DNA from: an uncultured Candidatus Saccharibacteria bacterium
GTDB taxonomy: Bacteria > Patescibacteriota > Saccharimonadia > Saccharimonadales > EFPC-124
Length of the DNA stretch: 64,000 nucleotides
Direction of reading: 5' to 3'
Assembly: GCA_965225085.1 (NCBI GenBank)
Contig: CBDDBE010000001.1
Span: forward strand, 257,641 to 321,640
Shown here piece after piece: positions 60,858 to 64,000 of this stretch; position 1 is the first letter of the stretch; the number at the start of each line of letters is the position of its first letter. A program made the position numbers and the translations under genes. The notes beneath the pieces are model-generated. The model searched no databases. It worked only from the letters and a program-made list of their open reading frames with translations, and was not told the DNA's origin.

Positions 60858-62318
60858 ATGCCCACTCGAAACGCTCGACTCTACAGTATTGCTTTGGTCA
60901 TTGGCGACTTCGTCACGCTGTTGGCGGCTTTTACGCTGGCGTATGTTCTGAGGGTGCAGTTCGATACTCGCCCGCTCGTGGCCGAGATTCACGCGATTGA
61001 TTTCCTCAACACATCGCTACTACTGATTCCCTTTTGGATGATTGGATTTGCCAGCCTGGGCCTCTATAGTAGCAAAGTATACGCACGCCGCCTGGCCGAA
61101 GTTGGCCGACTTTTTGTAGGGTGCGTTATTGGCATTCTGATTGTCCTGGGGTATGCTTTTGTCGCTAGCCAACCAATCTTCCCGGCTCGCCTTGTCGCCG
61201 TCTATGCATTTGGCGGATCGTTCGCGTCGCTCGTCATCACAAGGGAGGTTATCCGGCAAGTTCGCACGCTGCTATTTCGGTATGGACGCGGGGTGAGCCG
61301 AGTGCTGATCATCGGCACGACAGATGCAGTCGCCGATATTGCCGCACAGCTGGATGACACTCGCCGGTCGGGATACCACATCGTCGCTATTGCAGGACCC
61401 AAGCGTATCGTGCCGGCACAGTTTGAAGGGCAACATTTTCCTCGAGCCGAGCTTGCCCTGCGGCACCTTGCGGAGCTTGGGATTACCACTATTGTCCAGA
61501 CCGACCTGTACGATTCGTCGCAACGCAATCAGCTGATAATGAGTGCCGCCCAGTCGCTCCATATTGACTACAACTTTATCCCTGGCGAGCCAGAATTTTA
61601 CTCTGGCAAGAACACTATCGATGTCTTCCTGGGTTACCCTGTTATCGCCGTGCATCAGACTCCACTGGTTGGGTGGGGCGAGGTCGTCAAACGCCTGTTT
61701 GATCTGATTGTGACCAGTATTATCATCGTGCTGCTCTCCCCGCTTCTGCTGGTTATCATTGTGCTCCAGAAGGTTCTGAACCCTGGACCAATCTTCTACG
61801 CTGCCCGTCGGCTCACCAGATATTCCACGCCGTTTGGCATGCTGAAGTTTCGCAGCATGCGGGCCGAATTTGGCACCAAGGATGCCATCCAGGATTTTCT
61901 CGACCTAGGGATGCCCGATCTGGCCGAGGAATACCGCATACATCGCAAAATCCTCAGCCGCCCAGACCCTCGCATCACACCGTTTGGACACTTTCTGCGC
62001 AAAACATCGCTCGACGAGCTACCCCAGTTCTTTAACGTGCTCCGTGGTGACCTGAGTCTGGTTGGCCCCCGCCCTATCGAGCCTATCGAGCTACCCCACT
62101 ACAAGGGGCGTGGCAGTTTACTACTGAGCGTCAAATCCGGCATAACTGGCCTCTGGCAGGTCTCTGGGCGTAATGACTTAGCATTCGAAAAACGCGTCGA
62201 GCTCGAGCTATACTATGCGCAAAACTGGAGTTTCTGGCTCGATATCAAGATCCTACTAAAGACACCTGGCGCACTGTTCAGACGTCGAGGCGTACCGGGC
62301 GCTCGCAATGGTGCATAG
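60858..62318 (+). CDS. polyprenyl glycosylphosphotransferase (WbaP/EpsB-type initiating sugar transferase)
   Basis: Start placed at ATG 60858 (MPTRNARLYSIALVIGDFV...). It has N-terminal TM helices, a central Rossmann-like region and a C-terminal Bac_transf block (LDELPQFFNVLRGDLSLVGPRP...GITGLWQVSGR). The track ORF from 60558 is an over-extension. Confidence 0.9.
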   Translation: MPTRNARLYSIALVIGDFVTLLAAFTLAYVLRVQFDTRPLVAEIHAIDFLNTSLLLIPFWMIGFASLGLYSSKVYARRLAEVGRLFVGCVIGILIVLGYAFVASQPIFPARLVAVYAFGGSFASLVITREVIRQVRTLLFRYGRGVSRVLIIGTTDAVADIAAQLDDTRRSGYHIVAIAGPKRIVPAQFEGQHFPRAELALRHLAELGITTIVQTDLYDSSQRNQLIMSAAQSLHIDYNFIPGEPEFYSGKNTIDVFLGYPVIAVHQTPLVGWGEVVKRLFDLIVTSIIIVLLSPLLLVIIVLQKVLNPGPIFYAARRLTRYSTPFGMLKFRSMRAEFGTKDAIQDFLDLGMPDLAEEYRIHRKILSRPDPRITPFGHFLRKTSLDELPQFFNVLRGDLSLVGPRPIEPIELPHYKGRGSLLLSVKSGITGLWQVSGRNDLAFEKRVELELYYAQNWSFWLDIKILLKTPGALFRRRGVPGARNGA

Positions 62319-63444
62319 CGACAAGAAACCTCGCGTCGCCATCGTGTGCGATTGGCTCACCAACATGGGCGGCGCCGAAAAGGTTGTGCTAGCCATGGCC
62401 AAGGCTTTTCCAGACGCACCGATTTACACGTCGGTTTTTACGCCGGACGACATGCCAGCATTTGCCCAGCTGGATGTACGCACCACGTGGCTACAAAAGC
62501 TCCCCGGATTTTTGCGCAAGCGCCACCAGCTGTTCCCGGTGCTCCGCGCCCAGGCTTTTCGGAAGCTAGATCTCAGCCAGTACGACATCATCATCTCGAG
62601 CGCGAGCGCCGAAGCTAAGGCGGTGCGCAAACGGCCGAGCGCTGTGCACATTTGCTATTGCCATACTCCCACACGCTACTATTGGAGTCACTATGATGAG
62701 TACCGACGCGAGCCAGGTTTTGGCCCGCTGAATCCCCTGGTGCGCCTGATCATTCCGCCATTCGTCGCCTGGATGCGGCGTCTAGATCTCCGCGCCGTGG
62801 CTGGTGTGGACTACTTTATCGCCAACTCGACCACCGTCGCCAAGCGTATCCAAACATACTACCATCGCGATTCGTTCGTGTTGAACCCACCGGTCGAATT
62901 GCAACGGTTTCGCAATCTTGCGATCGACACCGTGCGCTCGGACTTTGTGGTTCTGGGCCGCCAAGTTCCGTACAAGCGTGTTGATCTGGCGGTTCAAGCT
63001 TGCAATAAGTTAGCGCTGCCCCTCACCGTCTACGGCAACGGCAGCGAGCATGATCGGCTCGTGGCGATGGCCGGCCCAACTATCCAGTTTGTTACGAGTG
63101 CCGACGACCCGCACATTGCCAAAGCACTTACCACCGCAAAAGCCTTCATCATGCCGCAGGAAGACGACTTCGGCATCGTCCAAATCGAAGCCATGGCTGC
63201 GGGCACCCCAGTCATTGCCTACGGAACAGGCGGCTCGCGGGATGCGGTGGTGGATGGCAAGACTGGTATATTTTTCGACGAGCAAACCGCCGAATCACTC
63301 ACAGAAGCCCTCCAAGAATTCACAACTTTAGAGTTTAATCGCCCAACCATCCAAAAACATGCCGAAAAATTCAGCGAAGAACGATTCGTCAAAACACTTC
63401 GCGACTTTGTCGCAAAACATCACAAGCCTCACCAAGATAAATAG
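62308..63444 (+). CDS. GT4-family glycosyltransferase
   Basis: 378-aa ORF with IMPQEDDFGIVQIEAMAAGTPVIAYGTGGSRD. Confidence 0.85.
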   Translation: MVHSDKKPRVAIVCDWLTNMGGAEKVVLAMAKAFPDAPIYTSVFTPDDMPAFAQLDVRTTWLQKLPGFLRKRHQLFPVLRAQAFRKLDLSQYDIIISSASAEAKAVRKRPSAVHICYCHTPTRYYWSHYDEYRREPGFGPLNPLVRLIIPPFVAWMRRLDLRAVAGVDYFIANSTTVAKRIQTYYHRDSFVLNPPVELQRFRNLAIDTVRSDFVVLGRQVPYKRVDLAVQACNKLALPLTVYGNGSEHDRLVAMAGPTIQFVTSADDPHIAKALTTAKAFIMPQEDDFGIVQIEAMAAGTPVIAYGTGGSRDAVVDGKTGIFFDEQTAESLTEALQEFTTLEFNRPTIQKHAEKFSEERFVKTLRDFVAKHHKPHQDK

Positions 63445-63520
63445 TTGTGCTAATAGCAAATACATGCTACCATAAGCTGCACCTTTCCATTCCGAGCACT
63501 TTTTGAAAGAGGAGGATCGC

Positions 63521-64000
63521 ATGTCCTTCGGACTTGGCGACGCGATAAGTGCGGCCGGCATTCTGCTGTCCCTGTTCGGCTGCGGCAGTATCGCACTGCG
63601 GCGCATGGACGCACGTGGCAAAGCCGGGCTCATCTTTCTGATGACCTGGTCAGTGCCATACGCGATCGGCTACTTCTGTGACGCCGAGAAGCGCGGCCCT
63701 CTATGGGTACGCTGGCACTTACTCGATATCAGTTACGTCCAATGGGCAACCACACTCGGTGTGGCGATCTACGCGGTCGTGACGGCTCTGTGCTGGGGGA
63801 ACATCACGCAGCGCGCGATAATGATCGCGACCTTGGTTTCCTTCGTCCTGTTCATCGTAATGGGCTACGCATGGGAAATAGGCCAAACGCTGCTAGCAGC
63901 GCACAGCGCCGGGCTGAACGCCATCGACTGGGGTGACTACAGCTGCCTTGCGATCGGGAGCGGTATCACGGCCGTCTGTATCGCAATCATGTGGCGAACC
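63521..64000 (+). CDS. hypothetical polytopic membrane protein, 5' part (runs off the right edge)
   Basis: ATG at 63521 is preceded by GAGGAGG at a 6-nt spacing. The frame is open for 160 codons to the window end and has several TM helices. It is not in the track because there is no stop. Confidence 0.6.
   Translation, partial: MSFGLGDAISAAGILLSLFGCGSIALRRMDARGKAGLIFLMTWSVPYAIGYFCDAEKRGPLWVRWHLLDISYVQWATTLGVAIYAVVTALCWGNITQRAIMIATLVSFVLFIVMGYAWEIGQTLLAAHSAGLNAIDWGDYSCLAIGSGITAVCIAIMWRT

Overview
This is a 64-kb bacterial chromosomal window with moderate G+C, dense gene packing and AGGAGG-type ribosome-binding sites. Lineage cannot be fixed without searches. An archaeal-type AspRS, two RRM RNA-binding proteins and many secreted or glycan-related genes are reminiscent of small-genome Patescibacteria/Saccharibacteria-like organisms, but that is only an impression. 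All calls come from reading the sequence and the ORF track; no database search or computation was run. The track counts GTG/TTG as M, so several starts were re-placed by hand.

The window falls into three blocks.

(1) Positions 1-36.1 kb are core genes:
- DNA repair: mutY (partial), an AlkA-like glycosylase and a frameshifted ASCH gene.
- Translation: trmB and aspS.
- Ion and metal homeostasis: CNNM/CorC, NRAMP, CorA, Kef and Fur.
- Transport and regulation: two DHA2 MFS pumps with AbrB-like and Crp regulators.
- Two secreted esterase plus 7-bladed-propeller fusion proteins.
- A GT4-fusion/GH130 gene pair.
- Several orphan genes.

(2) Positions 36.18-45.49 kb are an AT-richer 9.3-kb integrative island.
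- It is bounded by a perfect 15-bp direct repeat at the 3' end of tRNA-Asn(GTT) and carries a large serine recombinase.
- Its cargo is a same-strand cassette of cupin, DUF1653, NUDIX, an HEPN (Ymh/TIGR02391-like, RNEKSH motif) fusion protein and a 2H phosphoesterase.
- It also carries RadC/JAB, a GlcG-like protein, HTH proteins and orphans.
- The cassette is my best candidate for an undescribed RNA- or nucleotide-signal-targeting defence module.

(3) Positions 45.7-64 kb are a large cell-surface glycan locus.
- It has a priming phosphotransferase, GT2 and GT4 enzymes, a pyruvyl transferase, a flippase, GtrA and an O-antigen-ligase-like protein.
- It also has two GT-C-like membrane proteins, one of about 1,240 aa with tandem CBM-like modules.
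- A LexA-DNA-binding-domain-only regulator sits inside the operon.

Other notable signals:
- A 41-nt core (39/41 identical) is embedded in two different hairpins. One copy is an in-frame insertion inside trmB; the other lies between a terminator and the tRNA-Asn promoter.
- A 467-nt hairpin-rich gap at 25.46-25.93 kb has no ORF and no assigned identity.
- A GT4 gene has a conserved N-terminus upstream of any canonical start codon.

No rRNA genes or CRISPR arrays were seen.
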